Shown piece by piece: positions 12,102 to 21,055 of a stretch of DNA of 21,155 nt. A model generated the notes under the pieces. That model searched no databases and had not been told where the DNA came from. It saw only the letters and a program-made list of their open reading frames with translations. Positions within the stretch are counted from its first letter, which is position 1. Every line of letters begins with the position of its first letter. Position numbers and translations under genes: made by a program. Origin of the DNA: Amoeboradix gromovi X-113. Its lineage: Eukaryota > Fungi > Sanchytriomycota. Location: the NCBI GenBank assembly GCA_018985225.1, contig JADGIF010000095.1:1-21155 (forward strand). Direction: 5' to 3'.

Positions 12102-12460
12102 CATTAAAAGTCTTGGTTTCCTCAGAAATTAACAATGTTAACCGCTCCATTACTAAACTTGCGCACGCTTCCACTGCACCGAGGCTATATTGAATATGGA
12201 TGCAGAGTTCAAGTAGAAGTAAATTACTTCCGTAAGATCTCTATTCAGTTCCAGATGACATCTTCTATGTAAGTATATCTTCAAATTTGTTTTTCAGAGT
12301 TCCATACTATGCATTTGTCTGACTAGTAATGCTTCACTACATACATCAAATCTACATTTCTCTTAGGAAGATGATTTCGCTTTTAAACCATTTTTATTTT
12401 CTTTCAGTCGAAGAGTGAGTTCTGTATCTCCTGGCGATCTCTTTGTATTTAATAAATTCT
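12102..12460 (-). mobile_element. Degenerate TnpB/Fanzor 3' relic (copy F): frameshifted coding remnant plus internally deleted scaffold (12102-12196)
   Basis: Minus strand gives LKAKS..., VCSEA/TSQT.A*YGTLK and CHLELNRDL, matching the TnpB V.E.YTS.TC..CG / C...DRD pattern and copy B (YGTLK, CHLKIDRDH). Plus strand CATTAAAAGTCTTGGTTTCC...CTCCATTAC...CACGCTTCCACT...GAGGC...ATTGAATATGGATGCAGA is colinear with 20287-20409. The boundary beyond about 12390 is approximate. Confidence 0.82.
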
Positions 12461-12644
12461 AATTGAGGTGATTTGGAGAAATTTGTCATAAAGAGAAAAA
12501 CGAATAACGAGTATAGCTCAGCAAAAAAAACTTAGGAAAGTAAGCTACTCGGGGTGTAAAATCCATGCAACTACCAGGAATGTTTTATTCAAATAAAATC
12601 AAAACTGTTTCTCGGAATGAACCTTAAATTTGAAGAATCTTTCT

Positions 12645-13376
12645 ATGACACAAGTTCCCCAGAATTTTCCTGAATTAGTTATAAACCCATATCAAAAGAA
12701 ATATGACATATGGAAGCTGGTAAAGAACACAAATGTAATAATACAACAGATATCTATTGTATTTTTAACATTGGCGTTATATATGACTTTATTCTATAAT
12801 TTAATCCCCGTCAGAATCCTAATGTGTATCGGTATAGTGCTATTTATTATAACATCACCAACTAGGATACTTTCCGCTATATTATTATTAAACTTCCTGG
12901 CAGGTATATCGCCAATTTTAAAAACTTTGGCCAAAAGTATAAGCACGGATTCTATCTACCATCTAGCAGGGCTATTATACTTTTTAAACTTGCTATTGAA
13001 ATCCTACTCCGTTAGAAATAATACTCTTTTAAAAGACGGGATGGCAATGAATGCTGGGTACTGCGCTTCCGTATTGTTAGCAAGTAGATTGGAAAACTTA
13101 GAACAGGTATTTACTCTTTTAATGCTGTCAGTCTGCCTTCTGTGCTATATTCCATACTTGACCAGCACAATACATAACCAACTAATTAATAAAATCACAA
13201 CCACCTTGCTGCTGTCCATGGCTCTATTTAGCTGGGTATACTTGAACGAAAACATGGCGTGGCTTCTAATAGGGATAGTTGTGTGCATATCTGTTATATC
13301 CCCGCTTCTTTTTTTGCATTTGCAAAAGTACAAAAACGTATTAAGCGGACCTTGGGATGAGCCAAAAATTAGTTGA
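12645..13376 (+). CDS. GPI2: GPI-GlcNAc transferase subunit Gpi2/PIG-C
   Basis: Multi-pass hydrophobic protein with SPILKTL.KSISTDSIY, NA..CASVLLASRL, LQKYKN...GPWDE. First ATG at 12645. Confidence 0.9.
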   Translation: MTQVPQNFPELVINPYQKKYDIWKLVKNTNVIIQQISIVFLTLALYMTLFYNLIPVRILMCIGIVLFIITSPTRILSAILLLNFLAGISPILKTLAKSISTDSIYHLAGLLYFLNLLLKSYSVRNNTLLKDGMAMNAGYCASVLLASRLENLEQVFTLLMLSVCLLCYIPYLTSTIHNQLINKITTTLLLSMALFSWVYLNENMAWLLIGIVVCISVISPLLFLHLQKYKNVLSGPWDEPKIS

Positions 13377-14145
13377 GAGCTGTAAGAAACCTCTTAGTTG
13401 CCTCATATCCCGTCAAGGTTATCATTGATGCGGGAAGCACTCGAAATACACCTGGTAAGAGACCTCGATAAAATCCAAATAAATTATGTTCGTTATAGAC
13501 CAGCTTTATAATTTGAGTAGCACTGTGCCTGTTGTTCCGTTGTTGCAATCTCGTCCTAATAACTTGATAGGGATAGGTTATCGTAGTGGCAATCACTTTG
13601 GAAGATCCCGATGCCAAAAGATAGTTCAGGGTTGACCACTTGGAGTTATCTAAGTCAAATAGAGACTTGATGTTCTCATATGCAAAGAATTGAATGCCAC
13701 CATGTACTGTACCTAAGATGCCCATACCAAATCCAGCATACAACCGTGCCAATCCCTCCTTTTTTAAAATGGAATTAAAGCAGTTCAGAAATGAATCATA
13801 ATGCTTTGGTTCTGATATCATTCGTGTTTTGACTACAAAGAACGGATTGCTAAATGCCAGAGTACAAGCACCGGCTGCAGTCCCTGATAAAAATGAAGAG
13901 TCCGTTCTAGTCTTAAAATCAGAATAAATTAGAAAATATGACGACCAGGCTACTATGTTTCCCAACAAATTAGCATTGAGACCGGCATACCAATGTCGAT
14001 TTAAGTGTAGCCCAGAGATGGTTTGTCTTATGTTCAACTTGTTACCTTGTAAACTAACTTTAAGCGTGTCTAAAGGATGAAGGATAAGAGTTGCAGCAAA
14101 TGCTGCTATAGCACCCGACAAAGGCTCGATTAAAATTGTTATCAT
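13369..14145 (-). CDS. Mitochondrial carrier, FAD/folate (Flx1/SLC25A32-like) subfamily
   Basis: Three carrier signatures (HPLDTLK, NPFFVVKTR, YPYQVIRTR); GN.VAW..YF..Y, HGGIQF..YE and SK..AT..TYP are typical of Flx1/SLC25A32. Confidence 0.85.
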   Translation of the reverse strand: MITILIEPLSGAIAAFAATLILHPLDTLKVSLQGNKLNIRQTISGLHLNRHWYAGLNANLLGNIVAWSSYFLIYSDFKTRTDSSFLSGTAAGACTLAFSNPFFVVKTRMISEPKHYDSFLNCFNSILKKEGLARLYAGFGMGILGTVHGGIQFFAYENIKSLFDLDNSKWSTLNYLLASGSSKVIATTITYPYQVIRTRLQQRNNRHSATQIIKLVYNEHNLFGFYRGLLPGVFRVLPASMITLTGYEATKRFLTALN

Positions 14146-14165
14146 TTCCCCTTGCTTTGGTCAAG

Positions 14166-14807
14166 ATGAGTTTAGAAGAAAACAACTCAGTAGAAAACAT
14201 ATCTGCAAGCGAGTCCGAGTCAATATCAAAGAAAAGTATGGATACAGTATCCACAAAGAAATCGAAAAAGAAGAAGAAGACAACTGAAGATGGCGAAAAG
14301 AAAAAGAAGAAGAAAAAGAAAGTTAAAAAAGAGGATGAACAAATACTGTCCTTGACTTACGACCAATTATTGGAAAGATTTTATGGAACGCTAAGAGAGA
14401 AGAATCCAGAACTTTTAGGCAAAAGAAAAATTAAAGTTTTGCCACCACAAGTGGAAAAGGAAGGGTCTAAGAAATCTGCATTTGTTAACATCGCTCAGGT
14501 TGCAAGTAGCTGCAATAGAACTATTGAGCAGCTAATGGAGTTTGTTTTTGTAGAATTAGGTACAAATGGGGCACTTGATCAAAACTACAGACTAATCGTC
14601 AAAGGTAAGTTTACTGGTAAGCAAATGGAAACGGTTATAAGAAGATACATACAAGAATATGTATTGTGTCCAACTTGTCGCTCTAGTGATACTATACTAA
14701 AGAAAGATAATAGATTGCTGTTCATTTTATGCAATGCTTGCGGAAGTTCACGATCGGTTCAAGCCATAAAACAAGGCTATCAAGCTCAGACAAGTCGCAG
14801 AAAATAA
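14166..14807 (+). CDS. SUI3: Translation initiation factor eIF2 beta
   Basis: Lysine boxes, Y..LL.RFY..L...NP.L, ELGT.G.LD...RL..KG.F, YV.C.TCRS.DT.L.K.NRL.F..C..CGSSRSV. First ATG at 14166. Confidence 0.95.
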   Translation: MSLEENNSVENISASESESISKKSMDTVSTKKSKKKKKTTEDGEKKKKKKKKVKKEDEQILSLTYDQLLERFYGTLREKNPELLGKRKIKVLPPQVEKEGSKKSAFVNIAQVASSCNRTIEQLMEFVFVELGTNGALDQNYRLIVKGKFTGKQMETVIRRYIQEYVLCPTCRSSDTILKKDNRLLFILCNACGSSRSVQAIKQGYQAQTSRRK

Positions 14808-14811
14808 ACCG

Positions 14812-15171
14812 TTATATGCTATGCTTCTTTATTATAGACATCATTCTTTCGTGTGCGAACTCACTCATTTGACTCGTGTAGAAAACATTTAAACTCATAC
14901 GTATCAACATCTCGTGAATGTCAGTAAAGCATTTCGTCAATTCGCTGTTACTAATTATAACCACTCTGAAAAGCGAGGTAACCAGAGCACTAACTTGTAA
15001 AGTGGTATTTGCGTAGTTTGTAAAGTTCTTATATACTGTTTGAGGATTATTCGCAACTAAATCGTCTATTACATCTAATAATCCATAAATGTAAAAATAG
15101 TCTAAAGTAGAGCTTACATTAGTAGCTTCGAATATAGGCCTGTCTTTCGAGTCAAAAATTATGCATGACAT
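14812..15171 (-). CDS. Sedlin-family TRAPP subunit (Trs20/TRAPPC2-like)
   Basis: II.SKD.PIFEA, F.IY..LDVIDD, VSA.VT, F..IHE..I...LN.FY; small longin-sized protein. Confidence 0.75.
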   Translation of the reverse strand: MSCIIFDSKDRPIFEATNVSSTLDYFYIYGLLDVIDDLVANNPQTVYKNFTNYANTTLQVSALVTSLFRVVIISNSELTKCFTDIHEMLIRMSLNVFYTSQMSEFAHERMMSIIKKHSI

Positions 15172-15369
15172 CTTTTGTTTGAAAAAAGCTATTCATGTCC
15201 TTCAAGCAGATACATTCTTCAAAACAGGAAAAAAACCGCTAGCTGTTTAAAAAACTAAATTGCTTTATTTATTAGCAATCCAAATAGAGTTATATTTATA
15301 ATACACAACATGAATGTAGAATAGAATATATGCATTTCGAAGCATCATTTAGAGCATTGCGTGAGCTGT

Positions 15370-16128
15370 CTATTCTGCAAGCTCACTTTGAATATTCGAA
15401 TAAACGTAGCTAAAATTGCACATCTGTTTGTTGTGCATAAAATAGTTTAAAAGCATAAACAGATGGCCATTTTCTTCGCTAAAGCCTATTGTTCTTTGCT
15501 TTGTAATGTATGGAATATACGAATACACATTCTGATACAACTGCTCTCTAATGACTTCCTCGGCAACATCCTGATTAGAGTAAAACTGGAGAGCGTTGTT
15601 ATTATGTACAGGTTTTGACACCGCATCTAGCTCATCCACTAGTGGATCGATATCGCCTTGGATTGCACACACCTTGAAAGATTTCACGACGGGCACAGGA
15701 AATGAAACCAGTTTGCTATTCCGCTCTACAAGATCCATCTTGTTGTAGATTCCGTATACGGGGATATCGACCTTCTTCAAATCGTCGAATATGGCACTAT
15801 CAAGCGTCTTCTGTGTTGCATCGACAACAAGGAATAAAATGTCGGCATGTATTTTCCATGGTGTTTTCTTTATTTCCGATTCCACATTGACGTTTCTCTT
15901 CACTAGCCCTGGGCTGTCTATGTAGCATATTGATCTTGCGGGATCTATGTATCGCATTTGAGCTCTTGTGGTTTGTGCTAATTTCGATGTGCTACAAACT
16001 GGCTTTTTCAACAACAAATTCAAGATGGTCGACTTACCTGCGTTGGCTAATCCTAGAAACTGGATTTTTGTCATTTCCTTGAGTCCACCCACTGCACTCT
16101 GCATCATACACTTAGTAGTTGCCAGCAT
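15370..16128 (-). CDS. Era-family GTPase (mitochondrial ERAL1-like) with a degenerate or short KH domain
   Basis: G1 GLANAGKST, G2 QTTR, G3 DSPG, G4 NKMD, and the Era-type E.IREQL.......IPY. Confidence 0.8.
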   Translation of the reverse strand: MLATTKCMMQSAVGGLKEMTKIQFLGLANAGKSTILNLLLKKPVCSTSKLAQTTRAQMRYIDPARSICYIDSPGLVKRNVNVESEIKKTPWKIHADILFLVVDATQKTLDSAIFDDLKKVDIPVYGIYNKMDLVERNSKLVSFPVPVVKSFKVCAIQGDIDPLVDELDAVSKPVHNNNALQFYSNQDVAEEVIREQLYQNVYSYIPYITKQRTIGFSEENGHLFMLLNYFMHNKQMCNFSYVYSNIQSELAE

Positions 16129-16265
16129 CCCAAATACCCTTGTTTGATATGAATTTCAATCTTCCAAGTTTGGATCTACCGCATTCAAAGGTTCCATCGC
16201 CCTGCTTGACCGAGTCCTTTCTGATCTCCAAAGTATCCGTGTCCCTGTTCATAACCCGATTCAGA

Positions 16266-17885
16266 ATGAACAACGAAGCACCAAAACCCAGCGACTGGAA
16301 TTGCGTATTTTATAATCTGAAATACAGGGACCTCTTTCAGTGTCAGTTGCTGGGCCCAGAATTGCGCTCCCTCGAAGAGTACTGCACATCAACCAACCTG
16401 ACCACGTTCAAGTTTCTGGTCATGTTCTTAATGTTGACCAAGAGATGTAACAAAGGCACCATCATGTATTTATGCTACAAAGCACTGCATACGGACGACA
16501 GACTCGACAGATTCATGAAGACTATGATTGAGGAGAAGAGGCTCGATATCATGCTGCCTATATTTAGGATAGAAGCCGCCAAAAAGTCGTTTCCGAAACT
16601 CGAACTGGATCCGATGCAGCAGATCATCCGTAAGCCGGAGCTGGACAATGATCTTCTGGGCATTACCGTCGGTGTGGCAGATAACGGCCAGCGGCTCTTC
16701 CAGTTTGAGCAAGTTCCAGACAACGGCAACGTGTCCCAGATCAGTTTCGAATCTGCACGCAACCAGTCCCAGTTCCTACTGGAACCTCAATCCCCCACGA
16801 CTCCTAAGCGCAAGAACAGCAGATCAATCTCCCGCTTCACGTCCCCGGTAAAGAACCAGAACGACGACTTTGCAGCCAGCGATTTGCTTAGTTTGGACGA
16901 CGCAACAACCCCAAAATCTCCAAAAAGCCAGAGAAAGGGACTGGGAGCATCTCCGATTCTGTCTTTGCATTCCTCAACGACCCTGTCCAAGGCTGTTGTC
17001 AAGTCCGTCGATCCGCCTCAGTCACCCCATCAGGAGATCTTGCAGGAGTTGCAGCACAGTCCACACAGGCAATCAGTATTTGCAGCGGTGTCCCAAGTCA
17101 GCTATAGATCAGTTGAGCATAGGCCTAGCACCCCTCGACATTCAGTCACTGCTGAAAAGACATATTTAAGCGAATCAGGGCCCTCAAGTGATGGAGAGCC
17201 AGACTCGCCGTTGAAGAGCAAGCGTACGGACAAGGTGGATCTCCATGTTAGTAGTTCCGCGTTGTCAGAGATTCCGCAAAAACGAACAAAGTTGGGTAGA
17301 GTCCGACCTTCAAAAAGATCTAAGCAGCAGCCCGAGTCCTCCGAGGTCAATCTGGTGCTTTCTGCGTTGACATCTGCGCCAAACGGCTCGGAGATGGGTG
17401 AAGCAGAGCAGTCTGATAGCGACTCAGGAAACGCACCAGAGGCAGAAAATCGGGACAAACTCGGGCATACACCGGCCAGAAGAAGTGCACGCATCCATAG
17501 CCAGTCAGACATACCCTCGGCCATTTCAACGACTTCACAGCAGTCAAAGACCCCATCCAAGGCTGGTAGACGGAAGAGAAGCGCAAGATCAACGAAGAAG
17601 TCAAAGACGGACGCAGACGACACCGAGATAGCAAGCGGAGACACACTGAGCAATTTAAGAGAGATGACAAAACAGGCACTGGCAGAAGAGCTGGAAGAAG
17701 AGCTGGCACCGCCGCCGAGCATGGGAACACGCAGCAGAAGCAGATCCACATCAAGACCGCGGACACCCGTCAACGTCGGTAAATCTAGAAAGAGAACGAA
17801 ACCATTGGAGACACCATCAAGAGTAACAAGATCGCAAAGCAAGGCGGACCTGGGCTCACAGAAGAAGAGGATACCTAGTAAATAA
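16266..17885 (+). CDS. Unknown protein: ~120-aa probably folded N-terminus plus long S/P/R/K-rich disordered tail
   Basis: Long open frame (16119-17885). ATG 16266 chosen because GC-rich composition begins near there and earlier starts crowd the Era start. Many S/T-P-x-K/R sites; no family recognised. Confidence 0.65.
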   Translation: MNNEAPKPSDWNCVFYNLKYRDLFQCQLLGPELRSLEEYCTSTNLTTFKFLVMFLMLTKRCNKGTIMYLCYKALHTDDRLDRFMKTMIEEKRLDIMLPIFRIEAAKKSFPKLELDPMQQIIRKPELDNDLLGITVGVADNGQRLFQFEQVPDNGNVSQISFESARNQSQFLLEPQSPTTPKRKNSRSISRFTSPVKNQNDDFAASDLLSLDDATTPKSPKSQRKGLGASPILSLHSSTTLSKAVVKSVDPPQSPHQEILQELQHSPHRQSVFAAVSQVSYRSVEHRPSTPRHSVTAEKTYLSESGPSSDGEPDSPLKSKRTDKVDLHVSSSALSEIPQKRTKLGRVRPSKRSKQQPESSEVNLVLSALTSAPNGSEMGEAEQSDSDSGNAPEAENRDKLGHTPARRSARIHSQSDIPSAISTTSQQSKTPSKAGRRKRSARSTKKSKTDADDTEIASGDTLSNLREMTKQALAEELEEELAPPPSMGTRSRSRSTSRPRTPVNVGKSRKRTKPLETPSRVTRSQSKADLGSQKKRIPSK

Positions 17886-17898
17886 CTATGAACCAATT

Positions 17899-18420
17899 TT
17901 ATTTGAGCAGTGACACGGCAGCCTGTATTTGCTGCTCGCGATCAAACGCAGATATCTTCATGGTGTGGATCACCTCTTCCTGAGATGACTGCTTCTGTTG
18001 CAGCGACTGGATAGCGCTCTTTAAAGACTGGTAGTTGGTCAACAGCTCCAGCCTCTCCTTTAGTTCTAAAACCTCTCTGGGGTGCTCATTGGTTGTCACC
18101 TTGTTTAGGAGAGACCTGTACTTTTTCGTTCTTAGCCGAGACTTGCCCAGCCGCCTTTCAAGCTTGCTTACGCGCTTCGATTTCCTACCCAGTCGAGACT
18201 GTAGCTGCTCTGAGATGGAGACCAGCTGGTTCATGGAACTTTCGAGCTCTTTGTTTATTCTGTGTTTCTTGGTAATCTCACCGTCGAAGCGCTCGGCGGC
18301 TCTTACAACCTTGAGGTACTCTGCTATTTTGTTGTCCAGTAGTGACTTGACATTCAGCGTTTTTTCTTTTTGACTCTCAAGTTCTCTTTCTGTGTTTCCA
18401 ATCTTGTGATGCTGAGACAA
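17899..18420 (-). CDS. Unknown coiled-coil protein, start unresolved
   Basis: E/K/L/Q-rich heptad-like sequence; stop lies inside AATAAA and converges 13 bp from the neighbouring stop. The frame stays open to about 18516 with no upstream ATG. Confidence 0.5.
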   Translation of the reverse strand: MSQHHKIGNTERELESQKEKTLNVKSLLDNKIAEYLKVVRAAERFDGEITKKHRINKELESSMNQLVSISEQLQSRLGRKSKRVSKLERRLGKSRLRTKKYRSLLNKVTTNEHPREVLELKERLELLTNYQSLKSAIQSLQQKQSSQEEVIHTMKISAFDREQQIQAAVSLLK

Positions 18421-18938
18421 TGCAATTTTCTGCAGAGCTTTTAAATTATCCGAGACATCCCTACAGCCACTTGATGCCGTGATAGCAGCTTTGGTGACTC
18501 TTTTTTTTTCAAGCGCTCAGTGCTTCTGTTTAAATATTTAATTTAAGTATTTGCAGGAAAAACGTGCGAATAGTTGATACAGCGAGAGTTTAAATGCATC
18601 CACCTTATTCTGCCAGCCCAAATATTCTGAATAGAATTGGAGATTCAATTCTTTCGCTACAAGTTTCACTCATGTGCGAATTGCCTGTGAGATTAGAATT
18701 AAAACAAAATGCAGCTAATTGCTTTACGTTCTCAACTTGCATTCAATTAGACTTGTTCATTTTGCTTGAACAGCCATTGATTATGATTGTATAAAGATTT
18801 ATTGTGATAACATAAATTCCATCACCCCAATAGCCGCCTTTTTGTCTCATTGTAATTAAATAGAAACAGTGCATCCATATCTTCTCATTTATCATAAAAT
18901 ATCGCGAAATCACCATTTAATTAGCACATTACTGAAGA

Positions 18939-19988
18939 TTACATGACTCGGCAATTTTCTTTTTTTTTCGGTAATGGCACATTATGTTCGTAGAGCTTTG
19001 CCATTCCTCTAATATCACCGTTTAAATATGCTACAGAATACCATTCAATGAATTTTTCGCGATTGACTTCACATCCTACTCCGATTTCGTAAAAATAACC
19101 CAAGGCGTAGGCAGACATTGGAAGCTTTTTATTATTGCTGTGCAAAATCTTTAATCCGGGCGAGGGATCGTCTTCAATTTCTGCCAATCTCTTGTGTATT
19201 AGTATAAATGGTCTGGCAGCCATTTTCATGTAATTAAAAGCCATTACTTCATCTGCTGACAATATAGAATCAATTCCAGTCAAATAAAAATTAGATAAGG
19301 AAAAGCATGCCATATTATTACCATTTTTGGCAGCATTCTTGTAGTACTCCAGAGAAACTTTTAGATCAGGGGGAATTCCATTTTCAATTTCACCTTTTTC
19401 GTATAGTTGCGCCAGAAACATGTTGGCCTTCGGATGTCCAAGATCTGCTGCCTTTTTATACATTGCCAAAGACTCATGGTAATCTCGATAGACTACATTT
19501 TCAACACCAGTCTCTAGCATATTTGCGTATTCATATGCACCTTCAGGATGTGCCTCAGATGCGCAAGTAGCAGATAAATAAATCCACTTACATGCACTTC
19601 TAATGTTCCGCTCTGCACCAAGCAAGCCTTTAAGCTCTGCGTTTCCAACTTTCCAGCAGCCGCCAGGATGCCCATTACTTGCTGCCATCTTATAATACAA
19701 TAATGCTCGCTTCAAATTTTTTTTAGAGCTAAACTCATTCAATGTTCCAGCCCTATAAGCTGCCTCATTGTGTCCATTTCTAGCAGCCAACATATAAAAT
19801 TTCATAGCTTTTTGTATATCGTGCTCTAAAATTCCTTTTTCGTGCATTTCACCCATTAAAAACTGAGCGTTCTTGTCGCAGACAGCTAGCTCCCTTATTT
19901 TTTGGAGCCCGGACTCTATTCCACCAATGTTGTTATCTTTGATTGCTTCCTCTAAAATAAGTTTTGCAAATTGGAAGTGTTTGCTCAT
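18939..19988 (-). CDS. Sel1-repeat protein with CaaX box, Chs4/Skt5-like chitin synthase activator
   Basis: Tandem Sel1 repeats (GH.EAAYRAG, YYKMAAS.GHPG, YKKAADLGH, YALGYFYEIGVG) and polybasic KKKENCRVM CaaX. ATG at 19988. Confidence 0.8.
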   Translation of the reverse strand: MSKHFQFAKLILEEAIKDNNIGGIESGLQKIRELAVCDKNAQFLMGEMHEKGILEHDIQKAMKFYMLAARNGHNEAAYRAGTLNEFSSKKNLKRALLYYKMAASNGHPGGCWKVGNAELKGLLGAERNIRSACKWIYLSATCASEAHPEGAYEYANMLETGVENVVYRDYHESLAMYKKAADLGHPKANMFLAQLYEKGEIENGIPPDLKVSLEYYKNAAKNGNNMACFSLSNFYLTGIDSILSADEVMAFNYMKMAARPFILIHKRLAEIEDDPSPGLKILHSNNKKLPMSAYALGYFYEIGVGCEVNREKFIEWYSVAYLNGDIRGMAKLYEHNVPLPKKKENCRVM

Positions 19989-20286
19989 TTTTGCGCAACA
20001 TAGGTACTCTGTAGTTTTAATTATTTTGCAGCCAATCAACCGACTTAAATAACAATCTGCGCGACAATTTAAAGATGTCGATAGACAAACAGTCGGTTAC
20101 GCAATTACAGCATCTTCTCCCGCTTTTCAATATCTAAAAATTGAAACGAATTTAAGTCTCAAGAATGTTGAAGTTGAGAGATTTACTTTGTAGAACATAG
20201 TATTAGTATGCTCATAATTCTTGCGCTTAAAAGACCTGTTCTTTAAGATTTCTGGTCTAGTTTTAATACTTGATGTCTTATCTTCT

Positions 20287-20400
20287 CGTTAAAAGTCCTG
20301 ATTTCCGAGAAAATCGAGAATTTCCACTGAGAAACTAATGCTAGATTCTCCGTTACAGTGATCGCTCACGCTTTCACTACCCTGAGGCGGGATTGAATAA
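20287..20400 (-). ncRNA. Putative omegaRNA scaffold / element right end (copy B, best preserved)
   Basis: Directly 3' of the TnpB-type RuvC-III coding end and conserved in copies A, E, F and partly C. Predicted hairpins: GTAGTGA..GC-GTGA-GC..TCACTGT (GNRA loop) and GATTTT-CTCG-GAAATC before TTTTAACG. Expression is not shown. Confidence 0.6.
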
Positions 20401-20535
20401 GGATGCAGATACTTAATGTATATGTTCCTTGCTGCCATATGATCTCTATCTATCTTCAAATGACACTTTGTACAAGTGTAGGTTTCTAAGTTGGTTTTCT
20501 TTAAAGTACCATACCTAGTACATGGCATCGAATTT
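20401..20535 (-). pseudogene. TnpB/Fanzor2-like nuclease C-terminal fragment (zinc ribbon plus RuvC-III)
   Basis: NSMPCTRYG......TYTCTKCHLKIDRDHMAARNIYIKYL fits the TnpB C-terminal pattern S..C..CG...C..C....DRD..AARNI. The rest of the gene is absent. Confidence 0.88.
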
Positions 20536-20647
20536 GTTCCTTGGTGCCATGTGGTCCATGTCCACTTCCAAATGACACTATGTACATGAGTAGCTCTCCA
20601 AATTGGTTTTCTTTAGAGTGCCTTATATTGTACATGGCATCGAATTT
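20424..20647 (-). repeat. Two diverged tandem 112-bp units (20424-20535 and 20536-20647), each encoding the TnpB zinc ribbon/RuvC-III
   Basis: Second unit reads MPCTI*GTLKKTNLESYSCT*CHLEVDMDHMAPRN; 23 differences in 112 nt, ungapped. Confidence 0.88.
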
Positions 20648-20946
20648 CCGTGTTTGGATCAGCTTATCAGTCTGAGACGAATGTATGCTGTACCTGCTAG
20701 TTATTTCTTTATATTTAATTTACCATTTGCAAAAAGGAAGAATATCTGGAAAAGTCTTGAAATTATACAAAAAATGCGCACAAATTCGCGATAAATGATT
20801 TATTCAAGAAAAAAATCGAGCTGGTAAAAGAACCCATGTTTTTCATACTTGAAATTTCTGACAACTTAGGACTTAAATTGAATAAACTATTTACCGCGAT
20901 TGCTTCACTTTGTTTCTCCAGCAATTTTCTATGTATGTACTTCCCA

Positions 20947-21055
20947 TAGCATTTCTCGGTTTTTCTATGGAAATTCTTGATATTCTCATTTCAGGACTTT
21001 TAACGAGGAGAGCAAACGATAAAGACACATGGGACACCAAATATAAAAACTAGAC
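20947..21055 (+). repeat. Inverted partial copy (C) of the element end, homologous to 20255-20344
   Basis: TAGCATT...TGGAAATTCTTGATATTCTC..TCAGGACTTTTAACGAGGAGA...GACACCAAATATAAAAACTAGAC vs reverse complement of B: TAGCATT...TGGAAATTCTCGATTTTCTC...TCAGGACTTTTAACGAGAAGA..GACATCAAGTATTAAAACTAGAC. Confidence 0.8.

Noticed and set aside
17102-17896. 264-aa antisense ORF and the other nested ORFs in 16470-18373
   Set aside because: Shadow frames of GC-rich, low-complexity coding sequence with no recognisable motifs.
18594-18794. 66-aa ORF starting MHPPYS, with TGCATCC..TTATTC resembling the scaffold 5' junction
   Set aside because: Similarity ends after about 15 nt, and the ORF has no recognisable features.
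20289-20400. C-terminal half of the listed 79-aa ORF (YSIPPQGSESVSDHCNGE...) as a real protein
   Set aside because: It reads through the conserved scaffold; other copies carry frame-breaking indels there, and the ATG is an internal codon of a truncated gene.
20536-20647. Stop-codon reassignment suggested by in-frame TAA/TAG in the second zinc-ribbon unit
   Set aside because: Conserved genes in the window end at TAA at their expected C-termini and have no internal stops after splicing; these are pseudogene lesions.
20790-20807. GATAAATGATTTATTCAA, 17/18 identical to the reverse complement of 383-400
   Set aside because: AT-rich near-palindrome similar to the genome's double poly(A) signals, and not followed by the scaffold core; cannot be separated from coincidence.
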